A stretch of DNA of 33,786 bases from positions 1-33,786 of IMG/VR virus record IMGVR_UViG_3300017721_001394; one strand, written 5' to 3'. The notes below the pieces were generated by a model. It searched no databases, was not told the origin of the DNA, and saw only the letters and a program-made list of their open reading frames with translations. Below are positions 25,575 through 33,786 of this stretch, one piece after another. Both the position numbers and the translations under genes were made by a program. Positions within the stretch are counted from its first letter, which is position 1, and each line of letters starts with the position of its first letter. Source of the stretch: a virus. Lineage: Duplodnaviria; Caudoviricetes.

Positions 25575-28500
25575 ATGACAGGTAGTGTAATTGGAGAATT
25601 TACAGATAAATTTGTAACTGATCAAGTTTTTATTCGTCAAAAAACTTATGGAAGAGGTTTGACAAAAAATCAACGAACTCCTCAAGATATACAATTTATG
25701 AATAATAGAAATGCCTGGATTAAAATGGCATCTTCTGTTAGTGTAAAAGATGTAAATTTAAGGATACCACCTGAAACAGGGAATGTTTCTGCTTTTGCTG
25801 GTTCTAATTTAGCAAAAAAAGCAATTTTATTTAATGGTTTATCTTCATTTGACGGAAGTAAATTAAATATGAGAGCGGGAGCAAATGTAGGAGCCCAGGC
25901 AGTATTACCTTCAACATCTTACTTTAACAACTCAGCTTATGGTTTAGGGGGAAATGATTTTGGTATTTTACCTATGCCTGGTATAAGTTCTGTATCCATT
26001 GATAGTAAAAATAGGGGATCAATAAAAACAGCTACTATCCAAATTACGGCTTTTAATAAATACCAGTTTGATATAATTGAAACTTTATATTGTAGATTAG
26101 GTTTTTCTATGCTAATAGAATGGGGATGGGATAAATATATTGATAATAAGGGTGACTACCAGACAGTAGGATCTACTGTATTAGAAGATAATTTTTTTAC
26201 ATCATCAAACCAAAATAGTATAGTTTCTGCAATTAATAAAAAAACAGAAACCTATCATGGTAATACTGGTGGTCTTTTTGGAAAGGTTGTTAATTTTAAT
26301 TGGAAATATAATTCAGATGGTTCTTATAGTATAACAGTTAAAATAACAGGATTGGGAGATGTTATAGAATCTATGAAAATTAATCAATCACCTTCATTAG
26401 CTTTAAAAGATTCTTTACAAAATTTATCTCATGATAGATATAAATTATTAAGAGAAGCAAAATCTTCTATTGATACAAATAAAACTGTTACTAAATTAGG
26501 TACTATTTTATATAAACAATTAAACAATCAATCTTTATGGAGTGATGGGGGAAATGGAGATTATTTTAATTTATTTTTAGCCTTACAGAATTCTACATAT
26601 AGTAGTTTTTTAGGAAATAGTGGAACTAATGGTATTAAAATTGAATATAATTATTTTATTAGATTTGGTGAATTATTAAGAATAATAGATGAGAATATAA
26701 CACCTGATATTAATAGTAATTCAAATATAAAATTTACTAACTTTGATAAAAACACAGATAAAGTAATATGTAGTATACAACCCAATTTAATATCTTTTGA
26801 CCCTGCAATTTCTATAATTAAAATGGATACTTCAGGTCAAACTATAAACCAAAATGATATAAGTGGAATAACTCTTCCAACTTATACAAAAACTTTAAAA
26901 GAATTTACTACTATTCTTGGAACTCCTAATAATACCCCTTCAACACCTCCATTTGAAATAACTATTAAAACATTAGGTCGTCAAACAATAACTTACACAG
27001 TAAATAGTTTTTCTACTTTTGATACAACTAATAATACATTTGAATTTCCATCAGGTACTTATATCTCTATTGGTAGTAATGAAAGGTTTGTTAGTGAGGT
27101 TAATACTGGAGGTTCAACATCTGTAGCAGGTAATATGATGTATGGTAAAATATTAAACATATATTTAAATTATGATATGATATTTAACGTTCTTAGTAAA
27201 AATGTTGACAAAAAAGGAAATTTAACTTTTTTTAAATTTTTGCAAAGTATATGTGATAATATTAATTCCTCTTTTGCTAATGTTGTAGATATAGAACCTA
27301 TAATTAAAAATGATAAAACCATAACTTTTATGGATTCAAAACCTATCCAGGGGCTTGGTACTAAATTATCATCATTAATTCCTAGTATGCCTACAAAAAC
27401 GGCTGAATTTGAAGTTGTTGGTTTTAGTCTTGATAATCTTACTGATCCCCAAGGTACTTTTTTAAAAAATATTTCATTTAATACTAAGTTTTCACCTAAA
27501 TTAGCTAGCCAATTATCTATTGGAGCAACAGCTGGAGGTATTGCTATGGGACAAGATGCTACAGGTCTTTCTAAATGGAATAGTGGTTTAGTAGATAGAT
27601 ACCAAGTAACAATTGAAGATCCAGTTGTTGCTACTGCTGTTAATGTAAACACATCTGGAAATTCAGGAGCGGGTGCAACTACATCTTCTACAGGAAAACC
27701 TTATCAAGGAGGTAATCCATTTTTGGAAGGTCTATTGGTACCAACAGATGGTACGATTCTTAACCATACACCTGGTGCCTTTGATAATGGGGGATTAGAA
27801 GTTAATTTAGGATTTACCCTCAAACAAGAAGTTTATATTGATGGAACCACTAGGTTTTTAAAGAAAAGACCTGGTGAAACTAATGTTAGAATATATATTA
27901 ATAAGGATGGACAAATAATAAGTTCAAATTTTGACAACCCTACAGGTGCACTAGTAGGTCCTAACTCAACCCAACAAATCACTATAGATTATGGTGGTAT
28001 TGGGAGAATCCCATGGAAACAAGATACATTAAATCTTCGCCAGTTATCAACCGCACTTAGTGCTGGTGTTACACGATTTGATTTCCAAGGAGGTAGTTCG
28101 GCTATTGGTTTTAATGACCTATCTACAATTGTACCGCAATCTGGGTCTTTACAAGGAATAGTTGATAATCCACATAGTGCTAATTCTACTGAAGCACGAA
28201 CTTATTATTTCAATTTTGATATAAATAATCTTGATAGTGAACAAAGATTAAATAGTTATACACAAAACTTTTTAGATCAACAGATAGGTGGATTTGATTT
28301 ATCAACTCATATTTACCATAGGATAGTTGAAGAAATGTGTAAAGCATACACAGTACCCGTCCCTACATTTAGCAACCCAACTTTTGTAGGCTCTAGTAGA
28401 ACAGAAGGAATACAGGGTGCGAATAATTTTATCCTTCCAACATATACTATTACTGCAAATAGTGGAACAGGTGGTAGCAGTAGTTCTAATACGGGGGCAA

Positions 28501-29573
28501 CAGCCGTTGCAGCAAGTAGATCAAGAAAATTAGCAGGAGCAAATTACTCAGCTTATCTTGCCCAAATGTTTGGGGGGTCAGTTAGTATTTCCCCACAATT
28601 ACAACAATCTCTTAATGTTACAGTTCAACCTGTCCAAATAAAAGATTCAGAATATACTTTTAGACCCAATGTATCTTCATTTTCTAAAGCAGGAAAATCA
28701 TCTTATAAAATATATTTAGACGAACAAAATAAAAAAGCGGCAGCTGCAAATCCAAATAATGTACCAGCTTCTAATCAAATTGGTTTGTTGCCTATAGAAT
28801 TTGATATGGAAATGGAGGGTATTGCTGGATTTAGAATTTATAATAAAATCGATATTAACCAAAGATTCTTACCTTCTAATTATGCTAATTCTTTAAAATT
28901 TTTAATAAAAGGTATAAATCATAAAATAGATGGAAGTGGATGGACTACTAATTTACAAACCCTATCAACATCTAATCTAAATGCTCGTCCTGTTACTAAA
29001 AATGCATCAGGATCAACAGGTTCAGGTCGTAATAGAAGTACTAATATTACAGCAATAAACCCACCTTCGGAGCTAGTTTTAGCTATGAGACGTTATGGTA
29101 TTACATCTGATTTAGAAAGAGCTCATTTCTTAGCTCAAACTGCTCATGAGTCTGCTAATTTTTATTATAAAGAAGAAATTGCAAGTGGAGACGCTTATGA
29201 GGGTAGAGTGAGTTTAGGAAATACTCAAGTAGGGGATGGTAGAAGATTTAAAGGAAGAGGCTATATTCAACTTACAGGAAGAGCAAATTATACAGGATAT
29301 AACACTTACTTAGTAGGTCAAGGAGATTTTGTTGATGTACTAACAAACCCTACAGAAGTATCAACAGAAAAATACGCAGCAGACTCAGCAGCTTATTGGT
29401 GGAAAAAATTATCTCGTGATATTACAAGCTTAGCATTAAATGGATCAACAGATCAAGATGTTATAAAAGTAACAAAAAGAGTAAATGGTGGAACTAATGG
29501 ACTAGCTGATAGACAAGAAAAATTTGATGCTTATTGGGCAGAAATACAAGCAGATCCTACTGCTTACTCATAA
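25575..29573 (+). CDS. Baseplate hub-like protein with C-terminal GH19 (chitinase-like) peptidoglycan hydrolase
   Basis: Position after LysM; LIEWGW and GKVVNFNW hub-like motifs; C-terminal AHFLAQTAHES, GDGRRFKGRGYIQLTGRANY and VTKRVNGGTNGLADR GH19 motifs. Confidence 0.8.
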   Translation: MTGSVIGEFTDKFVTDQVFIRQKTYGRGLTKNQRTPQDIQFMNNRNAWIKMASSVSVKDVNLRIPPETGNVSAFAGSNLAKKAILFNGLSSFDGSKLNMRAGANVGAQAVLPSTSYFNNSAYGLGGNDFGILPMPGISSVSIDSKNRGSIKTATIQITAFNKYQFDIIETLYCRLGFSMLIEWGWDKYIDNKGDYQTVGSTVLEDNFFTSSNQNSIVSAINKKTETYHGNTGGLFGKVVNFNWKYNSDGSYSITVKITGLGDVIESMKINQSPSLALKDSLQNLSHDRYKLLREAKSSIDTNKTVTKLGTILYKQLNNQSLWSDGGNGDYFNLFLALQNSTYSSFLGNSGTNGIKIEYNYFIRFGELLRIIDENITPDINSNSNIKFTNFDKNTDKVICSIQPNLISFDPAISIIKMDTSGQTINQNDISGITLPTYTKTLKEFTTILGTPNNTPSTPPFEITIKTLGRQTITYTVNSFSTFDTTNNTFEFPSGTYISIGSNERFVSEVNTGGSTSVAGNMMYGKILNIYLNYDMIFNVLSKNVDKKGNLTFFKFLQSICDNINSSFANVVDIEPIIKNDKTITFMDSKPIQGLGTKLSSLIPSMPTKTAEFEVVGFSLDNLTDPQGTFLKNISFNTKFSPKLASQLSIGATAGGIAMGQDATGLSKWNSGLVDRYQVTIEDPVVATAVNVNTSGNSGAGATTSSTGKPYQGGNPFLEGLLVPTDGTILNHTPGAFDNGGLEVNLGFTLKQEVYIDGTTRFLKKRPGETNVRIYINKDGQIISSNFDNPTGALVGPNSTQQITIDYGGIGRIPWKQDTLNLRQLSTALSAGVTRFDFQGGSSAIGFNDLSTIVPQSGSLQGIVDNPHSANSTEARTYYFNFDINNLDSEQRLNSYTQNFLDQQIGGFDLSTHIYHRIVEEMCKAYTVPVPTFSNPTFVGSSRTEGIQGANNFILPTYTITANSGTGGSSSSNTGATAVAASRSRKLAGANYSAYLAQMFGGSVSISPQLQQSLNVTVQPVQIKDSEYTFRPNVSSFSKAGKSSYKIYLDEQNKKAAAANPNNVPASNQIGLLPIEFDMEMEGIAGFRIYNKIDINQRFLPSNYANSLKFLIKGINHKIDGSGWTTNLQTLSTSNLNARPVTKNASGSTGSGRNRSTNITAINPPSELVLAMRRYGITSDLERAHFLAQTAHESANFYYKEEIASGDAYEGRVSLGNTQVGDGRRFKGRGYIQLTGRANYTGYNTYLVGQGDFVDVLTNPTEVSTEKYAADSAAYWWKKLSRDITSLALNGSTDQDVIKVTKRVNGGTNGLADRQEKFDAYWAEIQADPTAYS

Positions 29574-29586
29574 AAACTAAAAATAA

Positions 29587-30501
29587 ATGTATTATCCATT
29601 ATCACAAATATCGACTAATTTATACACTTCTGGAGGTGAACTAGAAAATGCTTTTACAGGAGAAAATTATAAAGGGTATTATTTTAAAACATCTAATGGA
29701 AATTATAAAAGTGGAAAAACTCCACAATCCCCTGTAACCGAAGATTTAGTATTACAAAGAAATGGGAATGGTTATACATCACCTAACTTAATTAAAGATG
29801 CTACTTTATTATCTGTAAATCAAACAAATCAATTTTTTACTACAGGTAGTAGACAAAATAAACCTATTTATGTAGGTAATAATTCTTATTTTAATATAAG
29901 TAATATAGACTATCTTTCTAAAGATTTAACATCCCCAGTAAATAATGTAATTTACCCAACAGAAAAGGATTATACTAATGAACAATACCAAAGATATTTA
30001 TTAAAAAAAAGTAATAATGCCATATTTAAGGAGGTTAATAAACAAACATATAATTTATATGTTAAAAAAGACCAAACAGTACAATATGATTTATATTATC
30101 CTATTAAATTTATATGGACTATAGCAGGAAAAAGTAAAAATAAAGTAGCAAATATCAATTATAATATTTTAAAATTAACTGAAAAAAGAACAGGAGCGTT
30201 AGGTTTACTAAAATATTTTAAAAATAGACTAACAGAATATTATAAAGTAGTAGGAATACAAGAAAATTTAGAAACTGATGGAACCGAATATTTAATTTCA
30301 TCTACTAATCTTCCTTATAAAGGAAAATATCATATCCACCCTACTAAAGGAGCAATGGTAGGTGCTACTCATGTAGATGTAAAACATGATTTTTTAAAAC
30401 CTATTAAACCATTAAATATTGAAATAACAGGATCTAATAATAATGATCTTCCTCCAACAATAAGTAGAGGATCATTTGGAGGTGGCGGAGGAGGTTATTA
30501 A
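29587..30501 (+). CDS. Hypothetical protein, probably baseplate/tail associated
   Basis: 304 aa; internal repeat NLYTSGGE...YKGYY / NLETDGTE...YKGKYHIH; poly-Gly C-terminus. Confidence 0.65.
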   Translation: MYYPLSQISTNLYTSGGELENAFTGENYKGYYFKTSNGNYKSGKTPQSPVTEDLVLQRNGNGYTSPNLIKDATLLSVNQTNQFFTTGSRQNKPIYVGNNSYFNISNIDYLSKDLTSPVNNVIYPTEKDYTNEQYQRYLLKKSNNAIFKEVNKQTYNLYVKKDQTVQYDLYYPIKFIWTIAGKSKNKVANINYNILKLTEKRTGALGLLKYFKNRLTEYYKVVGIQENLETDGTEYLISSTNLPYKGKYHIHPTKGAMVGATHVDVKHDFLKPIKPLNIEITGSNNNDLPPTISRGSFGGGGGGY

Positions 30502-30524
30502 CGTTACGGAAATAAAATGGTTAT

Positions 30525-31802
30525 ATGTACTGGCTTGTAGAAAACGAGGAACAGTTAAATGTTTTAATAAATAGTGGTTATAAAGAGGCTTTCATTGAGG
30601 TAATACCTTATAATGACACAATACACCCTGTACAAAACCACGTAAGTTTAGTGTATATTAGACCGATTGAAGCGAGTAAAGGCTTTATGGTATGTATTAC
30701 GCATAGTGAATGTTTGAATGCATTAAACGCGCGTATAAACGAATTAATAGATAAATTTGAAGTATTATATTGTAGAGATAAAAAAGAAATATTACATTAT
30801 TTTCCAAACAAAACTCTTTACGATATAACACCACCCCCTACTACGTATATACGTCCTACAACACAAACACATGATTTATATTATAGACAACATAAAGATA
30901 ATCCGGAGTTAAATTTAATTATACCGATTGTTAAACATTATGAATTATGTGAAACGATTTTTAGAGATCTAAAAGAGAATATTAACAGAGAAAAAACAAA
31001 ATATGATGAATTCTTTAACAATAGAGTGTCAGTGGTATTCAACGCCATCGAGAGAAGTGGAGTACGAATACACAATGAAACCTTCAGTAAATACTTCCAC
31101 CCCGTTGATGGTGAATATATCAACACTCAGTTCAACTTAAAAACAACAACAACAAGACCTTCAAATAAATTTAAAAATGTAAATTATGCAGCACTTAATA
31201 AAGAAAATGGATGTAGGAAAAGTTTTATTCCTCGTAATAATAAATTTGTGGAGATTGATATTAGCGCTTATCATCCTAGTTTGGCTGCTCGCCTCGTTGA
31301 TTATACTTTCCCCACTAGTGATATCCACTCTCATTTTGCATCTTTATATAAAGTGGATTATAAAAAATCAAAAGAACTTACATTCAAGCAACTTTATGGT
31401 GGCGTATTTAAAAATTATAGAGAACTGGAATACTTTAAAAGGATTGAAAAATTTGTTTTAAATAATTGGGATGACTTTAATAAAAAAGGGTATATAGTAT
31501 GTCCTATATCAAATTTTGTATATACGAAGGAAGGTTTGGGGGAGATGAACCCTCAAAAACTGTTTAATTATGTGTTACAAAATATGGAAACTTCGCAAAA
31601 TGTTTTGGTTTTGTGGGATATGCTTTGTATATTACGGGGATATAAGACAAAACTAGTTTTATACACTTATGATTCATTTCTATTCGATTGGGATGAAAAT
31701 GAAATAGAACTATTAGATGAAATTAGAAATATTTTTAAAAAATATAAATTAAATATAAAAGAAATAGAGGGTTATGATTACAACTTTGGAGGAACCGCTT
31801 AA
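30525..31802 (+). CDS. polA: Short, divergent family A DNA polymerase
   Basis: TTTRPSN...VNYAAL (motif 2), CRKSF, motif A FVEIDISAYHP, motif B KELTFKQLYGG, NYVLQ (motif 6), motif C LYTYDSFLFD. Confidence 0.8.
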   Translation: MYWLVENEEQLNVLINSGYKEAFIEVIPYNDTIHPVQNHVSLVYIRPIEASKGFMVCITHSECLNALNARINELIDKFEVLYCRDKKEILHYFPNKTLYDITPPPTTYIRPTTQTHDLYYRQHKDNPELNLIIPIVKHYELCETIFRDLKENINREKTKYDEFFNNRVSVVFNAIERSGVRIHNETFSKYFHPVDGEYINTQFNLKTTTTRPSNKFKNVNYAALNKENGCRKSFIPRNNKFVEIDISAYHPSLAARLVDYTFPTSDIHSHFASLYKVDYKKSKELTFKQLYGGVFKNYRELEYFKRIEKFVLNNWDDFNKKGYIVCPISNFVYTKEGLGEMNPQKLFNYVLQNMETSQNVLVLWDMLCILRGYKTKLVLYTYDSFLFDWDENEIELLDEIRNIFKKYKLNIKEIEGYDYNFGGTA

Positions 31803-32241
31803 TATGTATAACACGAAATATGATGTTATAACAAATTTACAAAATTTAAGCGACTTGAACAATAAATTATTCTGCACATTTACAGACCTAGAAGGGATGG
31901 ATGAGCTAATTCAAAATATACAATCTAAATATAGCATAATTTATAATAAAATGTTTGTTTTAGAAATAGTAGGTAAAAACGAATATGTAGTTACTTATAA
32001 TGTAGAACAAGCTAATATAGACACTATCCCTGATAATACTATATTAGTACATAGAAAAAAAGAATCTAATACATTATATACTATAAATGCCCTTAATGAA
32101 TTAATTAAAAAATTAAATGGAGGTGTTGTTGATACTAGTTTTAAAATAGATTGGCAACATTACAGGAATTGTATTTTACTTACCCAACATAATGATTTAA
32201 ATCAGTTAAATACAAAAATACATAAAATAATTGAAATATAG
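31774..32241 (+). CDS. Hypothetical protein (start uncertain: ATG 31804 or TTG 31855 plausible)
   Basis: Open frame with NNKLFCTF and ILVHRKKESNTLYTINALN segments between polA and ssb. Confidence 0.7.
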   Translation: MITTLEEPLNMYNTKYDVITNLQNLSDLNNKLFCTFTDLEGMDELIQNIQSKYSIIYNKMFVLEIVGKNEYVVTYNVEQANIDTIPDNTILVHRKKESNTLYTINALNELIKKLNGGVVDTSFKIDWQHYRNCILLTQHNDLNQLNTKIHKIIEI

Positions 32242-32273
32242 TTTGGTTTCCCAAAATATAGTTCGTATATTAG
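32242..32273 (+). promoter_or_regulatory. Bacteroidota-type housekeeping promoter upstream of ssb
   Basis: TTTG (32242-32245), 20-nt spacer, TATATTAG (32266-32273); the established consensus is TTTG-N19-21-TAnnTTTG. Confidence 0.65.
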
Positions 32274-32312
32274 TTACATATAAACAGTTATAATTAAAAA
32301 TAAGTTACAATT

Positions 32313-33149
32313 ATGGATTTAAATGCATTAAAGCAGAAATTGGATACCCTCCAATCAAAACCACAGGGTGGTCAAAAGACAGACTATTCATTAATCTTTT
32401 GGAGACCTACAGTAGGTAAACAACAGATTAGAATTGTACCATCAACGTATAATTCTTCTAATCCTTTTACTGAGTTAAAATTTTATTATGGTATTACTAA
32501 TAAGGTAATGATTTCACCTACTAATTTTGGTGAAAAAGACCCGATTGCATTATTTGCTGGGAAATTACGTGAAGGTGAGTATAATAAAGAAAATTATGTA
32601 CTTGCTAAAAAATTAGATGCTAAAAACCGTACTTTTGTTCCCGTTGTAGTACGTGGAGAAGAAGATAAAGGTGTTAGACTATGGCAATTTGGAAAACAAG
32701 TATATGAAGAATTATTAGCTCTTGCTGTAGATGATGAAATTGGTGATTATACCGATATTGTAAATGGTAGGGATATTACAGTTGAAACTGTAGGACCAGA
32801 ATCTACAGGCACCCCTTACAACAAATCATCAGTACGTGTTAGATTAAAAACTTCACCACTTAGTGAAGATGCATCACTAGTAGAAAAATGGACAAGTGAA
32901 CAACCAAATCCAACAGATGGTTTATTTAAACGTTATTCATTTGAAGATATGAAATCTGCTTTAGAAAAGTGGTTATCCCCAGAAGATGATTCTGAAGGAG
33001 CAGTTAGTTCTACTGTGGAACCAACATCAAAAGCTTCAACAAACTTTAGTTTAGATACTACTAAAGTAAAACAAAATAAAGCAGATGCTTTTGATTCAAT
33101 GTTTGATGAGAGTAAAAAGGTTAATGAAGTTGATGATCTACCTTTCTAA
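32313..33149 (+). CDS. ssb: Single-stranded DNA-binding protein (T4 gp32-like)
   Basis: FWRP...IRIVP, VRLWQFGKQVY, D...GRDI pattern and acidic DDLPF C-terminus; adjacent to the recombinase. Confidence 0.85.
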   Translation: MDLNALKQKLDTLQSKPQGGQKTDYSLIFWRPTVGKQQIRIVPSTYNSSNPFTELKFYYGITNKVMISPTNFGEKDPIALFAGKLREGEYNKENYVLAKKLDAKNRTFVPVVVRGEEDKGVRLWQFGKQVYEELLALAVDDEIGDYTDIVNGRDITVETVGPESTGTPYNKSSVRVRLKTSPLSEDASLVEKWTSEQPNPTDGLFKRYSFEDMKSALEKWLSPEDDSEGAVSSTVEPTSKASTNFSLDTTKVKQNKADAFDSMFDESKKVNEVDDLPF

Positions 33150-33151
33150 AT

Positions 33152-33786
33152 ATGGCAAAAAAAGTATCAAAGTCTCTCTCGGCAGCAGTGTCTGCCGAGA
33201 TTAAGAGCAAATTTGATCTTAATAAATTTAAATCATCTAAGGGTTTAAATAAAAACGTCAAATTTAAGGAACAACAATGGATACCCTTATCCCCTGCTTT
33301 TCAAGCTATAGCAGGAGTACCTGGTATACCCATGGGACATATTTCACTACTTAGAGGACACTCTGACACAGGTAAAACTACAGCATTATTAGAAGCAGCA
33401 GTTTCAGCACAAAATATGGGACAACTTCCTGTATTTATTATTACTGAGATGAAGTGGAATTGGGAACATGCAGCTCAAATGGGTTTAAAAGTTAAACTTA
33501 TTAAGGATGATGAAGGTAATGTTATTGATTATGAAGGAAACTTTATTTATGTCGATAGAGAAACTTTACATACTATTGAAGACGTAGCAGCATTTATAAT
33601 GGATTTACAGAATGAACAGAAAAAAGGTAATTTACCTTATGATTTAACATTTTTCTGGGATTCTATTGGTTCTATTCCTTGTGCAATGTCAGTTGAAAAA
33701 CTGAAAAACAACAATGAATGGAATGCAGGAGCAATGTCAACACAGTTTGGTAATACAGTTAACCAAAGTATTGTAATGTCCCGTAA
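33152..33786 (+). CDS. recA: RecA/UvsX-like recombinase, truncated by the window end
   Basis: Not in the ORF track. MAKKVSKSL...PGIPMGHISLLRGHSDTGKTT (Walker A), FIITE and FFWDSIG (Walker B); frame open to the end of the window. Confidence 0.88.
   Translation, partial: MAKKVSKSLSAAVSAEIKSKFDLNKFKSSKGLNKNVKFKEQQWIPLSPAFQAIAGVPGIPMGHISLLRGHSDTGKTTALLEAAVSAQNMGQLPVFIITEMKWNWEHAAQMGLKVKLIKDDEGNVIDYEGNFIYVDRETLHTIEDVAAFIMDLQNEQKKGNLPYDLTFFWDSIGSIPCAMSVEKLKNNNEWNAGAMSTQFGNTVNQSIVMSR

Noticed and set aside
30478-30496. GGAGGAGG as a Shine-Dalgarno for polA
   Set aside because: It encodes the poly-Gly tail of the upstream protein and is ~30 nt from the ATG; other genes lack SD sites.
1294-31126. 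Other minus-strand ORFs in the track (1294, 1730, 1989, 8445, 10102, 12778, 19139, 19959, 20301, 23527, 27170, 30938)
   Set aside because: They lie antisense to well-supported genes, have the Ser/Phe/Leu-rich composition expected from reverse-complemented Glu/Lys codons, and show no motifs.
1-33786. CRISPR array, tRNA, intron/intein, DGR or retron, integrase, stop-codon reassignment
   Set aside because: No spaced repeats, cloverleafs, reverse transcriptase or recombinase-integrase motifs were seen. Terminase, portal and capsid are uninterrupted, and genes are full length in the standard code.

Overview
AT-rich segment of a tailed dsDNA phage (myovirus), with all credible genes on the + strand. 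It carries a T4-like morphogenesis block: large terminase, portal, several acidic putative head-internal proteins, prohead protease, scaffold, major capsid, PhoH, neck/head-completion/tail-terminator proteins, sheath, tube, tail-assembly chaperone, tape measure, tube initiator, LysM baseplate protein and a hub protein with a C-terminal GH19 lysin. The start of a replication block follows: a short divergent family-A DNA polymerase, gp32-like SSB and a RecA/UvsX cut by the window end. A Bacteroidota host is inferred from a TTTG-N20-TAnnTTnG-like promoter, the lack of Shine-Dalgarno sites and a signal peptide exposing Gln. The most notable observations are: (i) a start-less ORF (20522-20815) apparently reachable only by a +1/-2 ribosomal frameshift at a U7 run in the chaperone gene before the tape measure; (ii) a repeated late-promoter-like motif ATAT(T/G)TATAA whose core is the reverse complement of the T4 late promoter; (iii) a 425-aa PolA with His at the steric-gate position; (iv) structured RNA leaders before the scaffold and phoH genes; (v) an overlapping spanin-like pair with no lipoprotein; (vi) head proteins that look like protease-cleaved polyproteins; (vii) (S/T)-(G/A)-S motifs recurring in virion proteins. 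All family calls come from motif recognition by eye, not database searches.
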